A stretch of 32,000 nucleotides of DNA from Vibrio vulnificus CMCP6 (GTDB taxonomy: Bacteria; Pseudomonadota; Gammaproteobacteria; Enterobacterales; Vibrionaceae): positions 2,661,127-2,693,126 of the forward strand of contig NC_004459.3 of assembly GCF_000039765.1 (NCBI RefSeq). The letters are read 5' to 3'. Made by a program: the position numbers and the translations under genes. Positions 7,444-17,200 of the stretch are shown here, piece by piece. The notes under the pieces are model-generated. The model was not told where the DNA came from. It saw only the letters and a list, made by a program, of their open reading frames with translations, and did not search any database. The first letter of the stretch is position 1; each line of letters opens with the position of its first letter.

Positions 7444-9363
7444 TTAACTGTCCTGTTGCATAGCTTCGAGCTCTTCCCATCTCTCGAAAGCAATTTCTAA
7501 TTCCTGCTCCAGTGCGGCAAGTTGCTCTAGCACTGGTTGCGTTGTCTCTACGGGTTGAGCAAAAAACTCTGCGGAGTTTACTTGCTCTTGAAGCGCGTCA
7601 ATATCCACTTCCAACTGTTCTAACTTGGCAGGTAGTGCTTCAAGTTCTCGTTGGAGCTTATATGATAACTTCTTAGAGGTATTCTTAGCTGGCGCAGTTT
7701 TGGGAGTTTCCTCAACGACTTTTGCTTTAGGCGCTGATTTTTCCATCACTTCACGAGCTTCGATCGCTTGTTTGCGCTGCTGTTGAGCATCATGATAACC
7801 ACCGACAAACTCTTCGATTTTCCCTTCACCTTCAAAGATCCAGCTTGTCGTGACGGTATTATCCACAAACTGTCGGTCGTGGCTGACCAGCAGCAGAGTA
7901 CCTTGATAATTGGCAAGCAATTCTTCTAAAAGTTCCAATGTTTCGATATCTAAATCGTTAGTTGGTTCGTCGAGAATCAATAAATTGTTCGGTTTTAGGA
8001 AGATACGAGCTAGAAGCAGACGGTTTTTTTCACCACCTGAAAGTGCTTTGACGGGTGTACGAGCACGCTTCGGTGAGAAAAGGAAATCCTGAAGATAGCT
8101 CAATGCATGGCGTTCTCGCCCACCCACAGTGACCTCTTGTTTACCATCCGCTAGGTTATCAATGACCGTCTTTTCAGGGTCCAAAATTTCTCGATATTGG
8201 TCAAAATACGCAACTTCCAGCTTAGTACCACAATGCAAACGGCCAGATTCCGGTTTTAGCTGATCCAGCAGTAACTTAAGGACTGTGCTCTTGCCACAGC
8301 CGTTAGGACCAATAAGCGCAATTCGATCGCCACGCATGATATTAAAACTGAAATCATCAACAATTTTCTTTCCATCGAATGAAAACTGCAGTTTTTCTGC
8401 TTCAAAGACGATCTTGCCAGAGCGTGCGGCGTCGTCGATTTGGATTTTGGCTTTGCCTTGTACATCAACTCGATTCTGGCGTTCCTCTCGCAGCTTTTTA
8501 AGTGCACGAACGCGACCTTCATTACGTGTGCGGCGTGCTTTGATACCTTGACGAATCCACACTTCTTCCTGAGCGAGCTTTTTATCAAACTCTGCGTTTT
8601 GCATCTCCTCAACACGAAGCATTTCTTCTTTCTCAACAAGGTAGTTGTCGTAATCACCAGGAAAAGAAGCGAGTTTACCGCGGTCAAGGTCAACGATACG
8701 CGTTGCCATCGCTTTGATGAAGGCTCGGTCGTGGGAAATAAAAATGATGGAGCCACGGAAATCTTTGAGGAACGTTTCTAGCCATTCAATGGTCGTAACA
8801 TCAAGGTGGTTAGTTGGTTCGTCTAACAGCAAGACATCTGGATCGCATACTAGCGCTTTCGCCAGCGCAGCTTTGCGTTGCCAACCACCCGACAGATCGG
8901 TGAGCTTCGTTTCAGCATCCAGCTTTAATGCCGCCAACACATGCTTAACTCGGTCTTCAAATCGCCACGCGTTGGCGTGATCAAGCTGTTCTTGCACTCT
9001 CGCTAAACGGTTAATGTTCTTTTCCGTTGGCTCTTGAGCAACAAGATCGAGAAGATCATGATAGATCTTTAATTGTTCGCCAATTTCAGCTAGCCCACTT
9101 GCGACATAATCGTAAACCGTTCCTGGTTCATTTCGTGGTGGATCTTGTTCTAAGCGCGAGACTACAACATCTTGAGTGATCTGTAGCTTACCATCATCAA
9201 GAATCACCTCGCCCGCTAGAACTTTCATTAAGGTCGATTTACCCGCCCCATTGCGTCCTACCAAACAAACTCGCTCATGCTCTTGAAGTACAAAATCAGC
9301 TTTATCAAGTAGAGGATTATCGCCAAAGGCGAGTTGACCATTATGAATGGTAAGTAATGCCAT
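7444..9363 (-). CDS. uup: ABC-F family ATPase Uup
   Basis: 639 aa with two NBDs (GRNGAGKST, LSGGWQRK, LLLDEPTNHLD; GPNGCGKST, LSGGEKNR, LILDEPTNDLD) and a coiled-coil C-terminus. It is collinear with E. coli Uup along its whole length. Confidence 0.95.
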   Translation of the reverse strand: MALLTIHNGQLAFGDNPLLDKADFVLQEHERVCLVGRNGAGKSTLMKVLAGEVILDDGKLQITQDVVVSRLEQDPPRNEPGTVYDYVASGLAEIGEQLKIYHDLLDLVAQEPTEKNINRLARVQEQLDHANAWRFEDRVKHVLAALKLDAETKLTDLSGGWQRKAALAKALVCDPDVLLLDEPTNHLDVTTIEWLETFLKDFRGSIIFISHDRAFIKAMATRIVDLDRGKLASFPGDYDNYLVEKEEMLRVEEMQNAEFDKKLAQEEVWIRQGIKARRTRNEGRVRALKKLREERQNRVDVQGKAKIQIDDAARSGKIVFEAEKLQFSFDGKKIVDDFSFNIMRGDRIALIGPNGCGKSTVLKLLLDQLKPESGRLHCGTKLEVAYFDQYREILDPEKTVIDNLADGKQEVTVGGRERHALSYLQDFLFSPKRARTPVKALSGGEKNRLLLARIFLKPNNLLILDEPTNDLDIETLELLEELLANYQGTLLLVSHDRQFVDNTVTTSWIFEGEGKIEEFVGGYHDAQQQRKQAIEAREVMEKSAPKAKVVEETPKTAPAKNTSKKLSYKLQRELEALPAKLEQLEVDIDALQEQVNSAEFFAQPVETTQPVLEQLAALEQELEIAFERWEELEAMQQDS

Positions 9364-9583
9364 TATCGTCCAACCATTGTTTTAATTTTTCTAGATCAAA
9401 GGGCCAGCCAAGCTCTGACCCTTGAGAATTTAAGACAGGAATCGTGACCCCGTAACGAGAAAATAACGCATCATCAAACGCGATATCAATCACTTGAACT
9501 TGTTCAGCAATGCCTGCTTTTTCCACCAACTCGTAGGCCATCTCACACAGATGGCATCCTTCGGTACTGTATAGGGTGATCAC
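9341..9583 (-). CDS. Glutaredoxin-like small thioredoxin-fold protein (CxxC)
   Basis: The ORF contains ITLYSTEGCHLCEMAYELV and a VTIPVL motif typical of glutaredoxin-like (DUF836-type) proteins. The likely start is the GTG at 9583 (AAGGAA upstream, 11 nt after the rlmL stop) rather than the TTG at 9619. The 3' end overlaps the uup start by 23 nt. Confidence 0.65.
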   Translation of the reverse strand: MITLYSTEGCHLCEMAYELVEKAGIAEQVQVIDIAFDDALFSRYGVTIPVLNSQGSELGWPFDLEKLKQWLDDNGITYHS

Positions 9584-9594
9584 GTTCCTTGTTC

Positions 9595-11718
9595 CTATTT
9601 TTTGTGGGTGACGACCCAACAGTTATGAATATGTTTGTTTCTTGAGAAATCGAGTGGCAGCGTCTGAGAAGAAATGTTCTTCGCGTCTAAACCCAACTCT
9701 TCCATTTCCTCCATATCCATTTTGAAATGACGCTTGTTATTAGAGAAAACAATCGTGCCGTTTTCTCTTAGCAAACGCTTTAAGTTTTTCATCAGTTTGA
9801 TATGGTCGCGCTGAACGTCAAACGAGTCTTCCATGCGCTTTGAGTTTGAAAACGTAGGCGGATCGATAAAGATTAAATCGTACTGCCCCTGCGCTTTCTC
9901 TAACCACTGTAAACAATCTGCCTGCTCAAACTTATGTTGACGTCCGACACAACCATTTGCAGACATGTTGTCTTTTGCCCACTCAAGGTAGGTGTTCGAC
10001 ATGTCAACCGTTGTTGTCGAGCTGGCACCACCAAGAGCAGCGTGTACCGTGGCACTCCCTGTATAAGCAAACAGGTTAAGGAAATCGGCTCCTTTTGCCA
10101 TTTCGCCCAAACGACGGCGCGTGATCTTATGATCCAGGAACAACCCCGTATCCAGATAATCGTACAAATTGACGATCAGCTTTGCACCATACTCGTTGAC
10201 TTCCATTCGCTCAGAAACTTGACCCAATTTTTGATATTGGTTACGGCCTTTTTGTTTCTCACGAACCTTCAGCACAACTTTGTTGGCTTCTACGCCAGTT
10301 ACCTGAATCGCAGCACGAATGATATCCGTCAGGCGACGCTTTGCCTTCTCTTCTGGAATGTTTTTCGGCGCGGCGTATTCTTGAATCACCAAGTGATCTT
10401 GATAGACGTCTATCGCCACGTTGTATTCTGGCAGGTCGGCATCATAGATGCGGTAACAATCGAGCTGTTCTTTTTGAGCCCATTTGCCAATCTTACCGAT
10501 ATTTTTCTTTAGGCGATTAGCAAAGTCTGGTGCGATAGAAAGCGGGCCATCCGCACCTTCAATCTGCTCTGCACTTCTTTGTGCGATCGTATAGTTTTTT
10601 TGGTGACAAGGTAACGCACCGTTATTCAATTTAAACTGTTTTTCCGCACGCATGCGAAGACAGCTCAACAGCTCATCTGAACTGGAGAAAATAGATGCCG
10701 TACACCCACCAAACTGGGCTTTTAACTGGCCACCAAACGCTGTGTATAGTGCAATCAATCCTGGCTCTGTGCCAAGTCGCTCACCATAAGGTGGGTTACA
10801 AACAATTACACCATTCTCAAATTCTTGAGGACGTGACACTGTAGCGGCGTCACCTAACTTAAACTCGATAAGATCCGCAACCCCTGCTCTGCGAGCGTTA
10901 TCTTGGGCAATTTTCAGCACTTTTTCATCATTATCAAAGCCATAGAATCTTGCGCCAACTTTTTTGACACCTCTTCGAGCAATGACATTTGCTTCTGATT
11001 TTATTTCTGCCCACACTTCTGGCTCGAAATCTTCAAGTGATTCAAAGACCCACTTTTCGCGTTTTACGCCAGGCGCCATGTTTGCTGCCATCATGGCCGC
11101 CTCTATCAACAACGTACCTGAACCACACATTGGATCCAAAAGCGGTTGTTCCTCTGTCCAGCCTGAGCGAAGGATGATGGCAGCAGCCAAGGTTTCACGG
11201 AGTGGTGCTTTACCAGATGCAGGACGATAGCCACGTTGGTGCAAGCCATTCCCGACCATATCAACACCAAGAATCGCTTTGTCTTTGTGGAGACGAACAT
11301 GGATACGTACATCCGGACGCTCTTTACTGATATTTGGACGTGGTAGGTTTTTCTTTTCGAAACAATCTACGATGCCATCTTTCACTTTCATCGCACCGTA
11401 CTGGCTGTTACGAATCTCACGGTTCGTGCCGTTGAAATCAACCACAAACTTCTTAGTGCTGTGGAATTGATTTACCCAATTGATAGAGGACGTTGCCAAA
11501 TACAAGTCCATATCACTTTGACAGGTAAACTCGGACAACACGCGAACAAAACGCGATGCCAACCTACTCCATAGACAGCAACGATAAACCTGTTCATTAG
11601 AGGCTTTAAATCTTACTCCAGCCTGTACTGGCTTAGCGTCTGCAATTCCAAGTTTTGTTAGTTCTTCAGCAAGAAGGTTCTCAAGACCATTTGAGGTAAC
11701 CGCAAGATATTGGTTCAT
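9595..11718 (-). CDS. rlmL: Bifunctional 23S rRNA methyltransferase RlmKL (m2G2445/m7G2069)
   Basis: 707 aa with a THUMP-like N-terminus, the [12 protein letters not shown]-MTase motif and a second C-terminal MTase domain ([10 protein letters not shown]...IFIDPPTFS). It lies immediately upstream of uup, as in E. coli. Confidence 0.93.
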   Translation of the reverse strand: MNQYLAVTSNGLENLLAEELTKLGIADAKPVQAGVRFKASNEQVYRCCLWSRLASRFVRVLSEFTCQSDMDLYLATSSINWVNQFHSTKKFVVDFNGTNREIRNSQYGAMKVKDGIVDCFEKKNLPRPNISKERPDVRIHVRLHKDKAILGVDMVGNGLHQRGYRPASGKAPLRETLAAAIILRSGWTEEQPLLDPMCGSGTLLIEAAMMAANMAPGVKREKWVFESLEDFEPEVWAEIKSEANVIARRGVKKVGARFYGFDNDEKVLKIAQDNARRAGVADLIEFKLGDAATVSRPQEFENGVIVCNPPYGERLGTEPGLIALYTAFGGQLKAQFGGCTASIFSSSDELLSCLRMRAEKQFKLNNGALPCHQKNYTIAQRSAEQIEGADGPLSIAPDFANRLKKNIGKIGKWAQKEQLDCYRIYDADLPEYNVAIDVYQDHLVIQEYAAPKNIPEEKAKRRLTDIIRAAIQVTGVEANKVVLKVREKQKGRNQYQKLGQVSERMEVNEYGAKLIVNLYDYLDTGLFLDHKITRRRLGEMAKGADFLNLFAYTGSATVHAALGGASSTTTVDMSNTYLEWAKDNMSANGCVGRQHKFEQADCLQWLEKAQGQYDLIFIDPPTFSNSKRMEDSFDVQRDHIKLMKNLKRLLRENGTIVFSNNKRHFKMDMEEMEELGLDAKNISSQTLPLDFSRNKHIHNCWVVTHKK

Positions 11719-12153
11719 AGTGTTCTTTAGCTATTAAAAATGGCGTTGATTATACCTGACAAATCTACTCCATGCCTCGCATTTCAAGGACTTTTCTCAT
11801 CTCCCTATGAGCCAGTGTGTTAATTGGTCGTTTTATCGTCGTGAATTAATAACACCAATTCAGCGGTGACGAACGAAACGTACGCAATCTTAAACGAAAA
11901 TTCGGTTCAAATTACGATAGTGAATACTTATTCACATATAAATTGGACTATACCAAATGAAATTTATGTTGGTAATTTAATTACAAAACCACTTAAAAGA
12001 GGGAATTTTTTACTCTATCGATGACATTTCGCCGGCAAAAGTGGACATTTTACGTGCTAAAAATGTGTAAAAAATGTCTACCTGATTGCACTACAAGCTC
12101 TCATAGTCGCAGTATTTAGACGAATTAACACAATGAACAGAGGTAGGAGAAGG

Positions 12154-12179
12154 CAAAAAAAATCGGCCAAAAGGCCGAT
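12154..12179 (-). terminator. Rho-independent terminator of zapC
   Basis: On the minus strand: ATCGGCC-TTTT-GGCCGAT followed by TTTTTTTT. It lies 33 nt downstream of the zapC stop. Confidence 0.8.
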
Positions 12180-12211
12180 GAAAAATTTATAGGAACGAAA
12201 ATTAGGAAAGG

Positions 12212-12754
12212 TTATCCGACTAACGCCATAGGCATTAGCGTATTCATTCTTGCAGCAGTAGACATGCGATCGTGCATGACTTTGATGGCTTCACCATAAC
12301 TTAAGCTCTTTGAACCGCTTAGCATAAAGCCTTCAAGCTCTACACAGCTGACTAAGCTTGCATTGTCCCCTGCTTCCAATACGATAAACAGCCCTTGATT
12401 CAAGCCATTTTGCAGCTGTACAAGCTCCCCTTCACTGGGTTGGTAATCCGAACCTGTAGAATGGAAAAACCAACTCTTGGGTTGGACTGGCTTATGAAAG
12501 CGCTTAGCAGCAACGCAGTAGAGCGTTAGCTCATCTCTGCGATATTCACTCAAATCAAGCGACGACAGACATTCTTTGAAAGTCTGAAAGGCACTCGCGT
12601 CATCAACTGTGAAGTCGTTATAGGAGAAAGCGCAGTCCACCAGCAATTTATCACTAAGATTGGTTTGAAATAGATATCTATCGCCTAAGTCAAGCATTAG
12701 ACGGCCTGACGGCTTATCAAAATACCAGCTCCATTTATCACTTGGTTTAAGCAT
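12212..12754 (-). CDS. zapC: Cell division protein ZapC
   Basis: 180 aa. The pattern KPSDKWSWYFDKPSGRLMLDLG...PKSWFF...GEAIKVMHDR parallels E. coli ZapC ([21 protein letters not shown]...PKSWHF...GDAIKIMNDR). It is adjacent to pyrD, as in E. coli. Confidence 0.88.
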   Translation of the reverse strand: MLKPSDKWSWYFDKPSGRLMLDLGDRYLFQTNLSDKLLVDCAFSYNDFTVDDASAFQTFKECLSSLDLSEYRRDELTLYCVAAKRFHKPVQPKSWFFHSTGSDYQPSEGELVQLQNGLNQGLFIVLEAGDNASLVSCVELEGFMLSGSKSLSYGEAIKVMHDRMSTAARMNTLMPMALVG

Positions 12755-12832
12755 CGTTCTATTCTCACACTGACTGATTCACAGAGGTAAACGCTTAATT
12801 ACCCTCCAACTGTTTTGATTCTACAAACGAAT

Positions 12833-12868
12833 GAATAAAAAAAAAGAGGAAACCAAGTCCTCTTTTTT
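12833..12868 (-). terminator. Rho-independent terminator of pyrD
   Basis: On the minus strand: AAGAGGA-CTTGGTT-TCCTCTT followed by a run of about nine T. Confidence 0.8.
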
Positions 12869-12909
12869 CTGTTAGAAAAGCTGCTATGTCAGTATGTTAG
12901 CGAATCATT

Positions 12910-13920
12910 CTATAGATTTTTAACAATATCGCGTACTAAGCCAGGGCCGTGATAGATGAAGCCAGAGTAAACTTGTACAAGATCCGCCCCTGCCAACATT
13001 TTTTCTTTTGCAGCAACATAAGAATCAACACCACCGACGCCAATAATTGGTATGTTACCTTGTAACTCTTTACGAAGTAATCGCACGACCTCAGTAGAAC
13101 GAGACTGCAGTGGACGACCACTAAGGCCCCCAGCCTCTTGCGCATGTTTCATGCCTTCAACCATCGTACGATCAAGCGTGGTATTGGTTGCGATCACACC
13201 ATCGATCTTGTTGTTGATCAACGATTGGCAAATCTGGCTAATCTCATCGTCGGTAAGATCCGGTGCGATCTTTAATGCCAGAGGTACATATTTTCCATGC
13301 TTCTCTTCAAGCTCAGCTTGCTTACGTTTTAACTCAACCAGTAATTCATCAAGCGCTTCGCCATATTGAAGTGTTCTTAGCCCAGGCGTGTTTGGAGAAG
13401 AAATATTCACGGCAATATATCCCGCATACTCATATACCTTTTCCATACAGATGAGATAATCTTCCGCGCCCTTCTCGATTGGTGTGTCTTTGTTTTTACC
13501 AATATTGATGCCTAATACACAGCTGTATTTGGCCTTCTTGACGTTTTCAATGAGATTGTCAACACCTAGGTTATTGAAACCCATACGGTTAATGATCCCT
13601 TCCGCCCCTACTAAGCGGAACAAACGTGGTTTATCATTTCCTGATTGTGCTCTAGGTGTAACGGTACCAACTTCAACAAAGCCGAATCCCATTGCGTCAA
13701 ATGCTTCTATACACTCACCATTTTTATCCAGACCAGCCGCAAGACCAACTGGGTTTCGGAAAGTGAGTCCCATGCATTCTACTGGTCGATTTGGGAGTTG
13801 TTGACGATAGAAAAGATCAATTGGTGTGCCGGTAAAGCGTTTGAAGTTTTGGATAGCGAGATCGTGTGCCTTTTCTGCATCCAATTGAAAAAAGCCAGCT
13901 CTGGCAAGACGGTAAAGCAT
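12910..13920 (-). CDS. pyrD: Dihydroorotate dehydrogenase (quinone), class 2
   Basis: 336 aa. [52 protein letters not shown] and IGVGGV are motifs typical of PyrD. Confidence 0.96.
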   Translation of the reverse strand: MLYRLARAGFFQLDAEKAHDLAIQNFKRFTGTPIDLFYRQQLPNRPVECMGLTFRNPVGLAAGLDKNGECIEAFDAMGFGFVEVGTVTPRAQSGNDKPRLFRLVGAEGIINRMGFNNLGVDNLIENVKKAKYSCVLGINIGKNKDTPIEKGAEDYLICMEKVYEYAGYIAVNISSPNTPGLRTLQYGEALDELLVELKRKQAELEEKHGKYVPLALKIAPDLTDDEISQICQSLINNKIDGVIATNTTLDRTMVEGMKHAQEAGGLSGRPLQSRSTEVVRLLRKELQGNIPIIGVGGVDSYVAAKEKMLAGADLVQVYSGFIYHGPGLVRDIVKNL

Positions 13921-13930
13921 TGTGCCTCCG

Positions 13931-13990
13931 AAAGAAAAAAGCCCCGTGTAAACGGGTTGGTATTATTTACTTAAAAGAACAACTTTTCAA
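13931..13990 (-). promoter_or_regulatory. Candidate pyrD promoter plus leader hairpin and U-tract (possible pyrimidine-responsive element)
   Basis: On the minus strand: TTGAAA (13990-13985), a 17-nt spacer, AATAAT (13967-13962), then ACCAA-CCCGT-TTAC-ACGGG-GCTTTTTTCTTT-CGGAGGCACA-ATG. The expected start-site window (A/C/C/C/G, 13958-13953) coincides with the 5' arm of the hairpin. Confidence 0.45.
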
Positions 13991-14169
13991 ACAAAAACGT
14001 CAAAGATATTGCATTCCAAATGCATTAGTAGAATTAAATTGATTTAAAACATAGGGTTAAAGTTTTTATTTGTTGAAAGTTAGCGAAAGGCACGAGTGAT
14101 TGTAACGATTGCCAACACTCAAAAAGTGACAACGCAACTTATTGTTGATTGTTTTTTGCACTCCGATAT

Positions 14170-14198
14170 AAGAAAAGCCCCATTCAAGGGGCTTTTTT
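14170..14198 (-). terminator. Rho-independent terminator of the NAD-GDH gene
   Basis: GCCCC (14177-14181) pairs with GGGGC (14188-14192) across a 6-nt loop. A/T runs flank both sides, and the minus strand reads AAAAGCCCC-TTGAAT-GGGGCTTTTCTTAT. Confidence 0.8.
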
Positions 14199-14217
14199 AT
14201 GTCAGAGACTCAAAACT

Positions 14218-17200
14218 TTAACTATTTGAGCTGCAATTTAAGTTGAGAAGAACCAGTTCTCTCAACGCGACCGAGAACTTGGCAAACTCATGCACACTAC
14301 CCACTTTGAACTCGTTGAGGATGCTTTCCCAACGATGTAGTGAGGTTTCATTGCGCTCCATCCATGTTTCCAGCGCTTCCATAACATCTCCCTTGCTCTC
14401 TGCCTGCATGCAGTTGAGCACTTGAGCAGTCAGCAAGCGTTGTTGCCAATCGAGATCTTCGCGGAAAGCTGCGCGAGCCAAGGCTTGCCAGTTGTTATCG
14501 ACTGCCTGACCATTAATTTGCTTCAAGAACCAATGTAGTGATAAACGATCGCCTAAGTTGAAGTACAACTTCGCTGCTTCCTCAACCGTTTTATTGGTTT
14601 CACGAGCAACGGAAGAAATGTCTAACGCTGATTGGAGACTGGTTAGACGAGAAACGCGGCTTGCTAGCTTCGCTTCTACCCCACGACAAATCCAGCTTTC
14701 TGCCAACTCATCATGCTCTTCCACTTCAGAGACAACCAGCATGTTGTCAAGAGAATGCGTGATCACATCAACGTCAGCTTGGTACTTAGCAATCAGCTCG
14801 CTCACCGTGTTCTTACCACTGCGATTTCGCAGTAGCCAGCGTGCAACACGACGAAGCATTCGACGCACATGGAACATGATTTCGTATTGAGCATCTGCGC
14901 TAGCGATATTGTCCAGTTCACGTGTTTGAGCCAAAATCTCACCCAAGCCGTAAATCTCGCGTGAAGCACTGTACGCATTGGCGATATCCACCACCGATGC
15001 GCCAGTCTCTTGTTGGAGACGAGTGACGAAGTTACACCCCATTTCGTTAACCATTTGGTTCGCAAGTGATGTAGCAATGATTTCCGCACGCAGTGGATGT
15101 GAAGACATCTGATTCGCGAATTTGTTTCTCAATTCACTTGGGAAGTATTGGATCAATTGCTGCCCATGGAACTCATCATTCGCAATCTCGTCATTGGCCA
15201 GTTGCTCTTTAAGTACCATCTTGCCATAAGCAACCAACACTGCCAGTTCAGGACGAGTTAGGCCTTGGCCCAGCTTCTCACGCTCTAGTAACGTTTCGTC
15301 ATCAGGGATGTTTTCTAGAACGCGATCCAGATAGCCTGCTTTTTCCATAGTATGAATAAAGCGAATTTGCTCTTTAACGACACTAACACCTTGCTGCTCG
15401 GTCACAGAGATGGATTCAGATTGGCGGTAAGCATCATCTAGAACGATATCTCCGACTTCATCTTGCATCGATTCCAAGATCTTATTGCGCTGTTTCACGG
15501 TCATGTCGCCATTGGAGACCAAACCATTCAAGAAGATCTTAATGTTGACTTCGTTATCCGAGCAATCCACACCGCCCACGTTATCAACAAAGTCGGTATT
15601 AACACGTCCGCCTTTTAGAGCGTACTCGATACGACCTTTTTGCGTCATACCTAAGTTACCGCCCTCACCAACTACTTTGGCGTTGAGATCACGACCGTCG
15701 ATACGTAACACATCGTTCGCTCGATCGCCTACATCGGTATGTGTCTCACTCGATGCTTTCACATACGTACCAATACCACCATTCCAAAGCAGATCTACGT
15801 CCATTTTCAAGATCATTTTGATCAATTCGTTTGGCGCCAAAGAAGTTTTCTTTGTACCCAACATTTTTTGGATCTCTGGTGTTAAGGTAATCGACTTCGC
15901 CTTACGTGAGAAGACGCCGCCGCCTTTTGAAATCAGCTTAGGATTATAATCTTCCCAGCTCGAGCGAGGAAGCTGGAACAAACGATCACGCTCTTCCCAA
16001 CTAGAAGCCGAATCCGGGTTTGGATCAATAAAGATATGAAGATGGTTAAAGGCCGCTTGTAGACGAATGTGCTTTGACAACAGCATACCGTTACCAAATA
16101 CGTCACCTGCCATATCACCAACACCAATCGCCGTGAAGTCTGTTGTTTGACAGTCAATACCCATTTCACGGAAATGACGCTTCACGGACTCCCAACCACC
16201 TTTTGCAGTGATACCCATTGCTTTGTGGTCATAGCCGTTAGAACCACCAGACGCAAATGCATCACCTAACCAGAAGTTGTATTCAGCAGACACAGAGTTC
16301 GCTAAATCGGAGAAGGTTGCGGTGCCTTTATCCGCTGCAACGACCAAATACGGGTCATCCTCATCATGTCTTACAACGCTCTTCGGTGGAATCACTTCCC
16401 CTTCAATGATGTTGTCAGAGACATCTAATAGCGCACGAATGAAACGTTTATAACAACGCTGGCCTTCTGCAAAAATCTCATCACGGTTGGTCATGGTATG
16501 TTGACGTTTACAAACAAAGCCACCTTTAGCTCCAACAGGCACGATAACGGTATTTTTAACCTGTTGCGCTTTCACCAAGCCAAGCACTTCTGTACGGAAG
16601 TCTTCTTGGCGATCTGACCAACGCAAACCACCACGAGCCACTTTTCCGCCACGCAAATGAACACCTTCAATGTCGGGAGCATAGACGAAGATTTCAAAGG
16701 CTGGCACGGGTTGAGGAATCTCTGGAATATCACGAGGTTTTAGCTTCAATGATAACCAAGGTTTCGGTTGTTTTTGATCATCAAGTTGGAAATAGTTTGT
16801 CCGCACGGTTGCAACGATCATTTCCATGTAACGACGAATGATACGATCGTCATCCAAGCTATCCACCGACTCTAGCTGTTCGGTGATCTTGTTGATCAGC
16901 TCATGTTGACCTTTTTCGCTTCCTTTGTGTTTAGGATCAAAACGTTTGACAAAGAGATCAACCAACCCTTTGGCCAACTCTGGATAGTGACTCAGGGTGT
17001 CTTCGATGTATTGTTGACTGAATGGGAAACCCACTTGGCGCATATAACGAGCATAGGCACGTAAAATTGAAATTTCTCGGCCAGTCAGCGAAGCCCCCAA
17101 TAGCAGACGGTTGAAACCGTCACTTTCTAATTCCCCTTCCCAAATCGCAGCAAACGCTTGTTGGAAACGATCTCTCGCTTCACTTAAGTCCACTACCTTG

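Noticed and set aside
8256-8756. 166-aa minus-strand ORF in an alternative frame of uup.
   Set aside because: It is same-strand but out of frame inside a fully collinear Uup homologue. Nothing suggests a frameshift or a nested gene.
9934-10512. 192-aa plus-strand ORF.
   Set aside because: It lies entirely antisense to the strongly supported rlmL CDS, has no SD and has low-complexity composition. It is a shadow ORF. The same reasoning applies to 673-957, 10964-11230, 13052-13369 and 13484-13974.
10833-10853. Other matS-like sequences with two mismatches: 1928-1940, 10833-10845, 10841-10853, 14126-14138, 15023-15035 and 17113-17125.
   Set aside because: Two-mismatch hits are individually expected by chance at about this frequency. 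They are mentioned only as background for the GTGAC-N3-GTAAC observation.
11920-11935. GTGAATACTTATTCAC considered as a CRP site.
   Set aside because: The GTGA and TCAC half-sites are 8 nt apart, whereas the CRP consensus TGTGA-N6-TCACA requires 6. It fits an ARG box better.
12133-12192. 19-codon highly basic ORF (MNRGRRRQKKSAKRPMKNL).
   Set aside because: It overlaps the zapC terminator hairpin on the opposite strand. Its composition simply reflects the A-run and stem sequence.
13991-14006. ACAAAAACGTCAAAGA upstream of pyrD considered as a PurR box (also the TGCATT-CCA-AATGCA palindrome at 14010-14024).
   Set aside because: Only about 9/16 positions match ACGCAAACGTTTGCGT, and the right half is essentially unmatched. 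The second palindrome matches no consensus I know.
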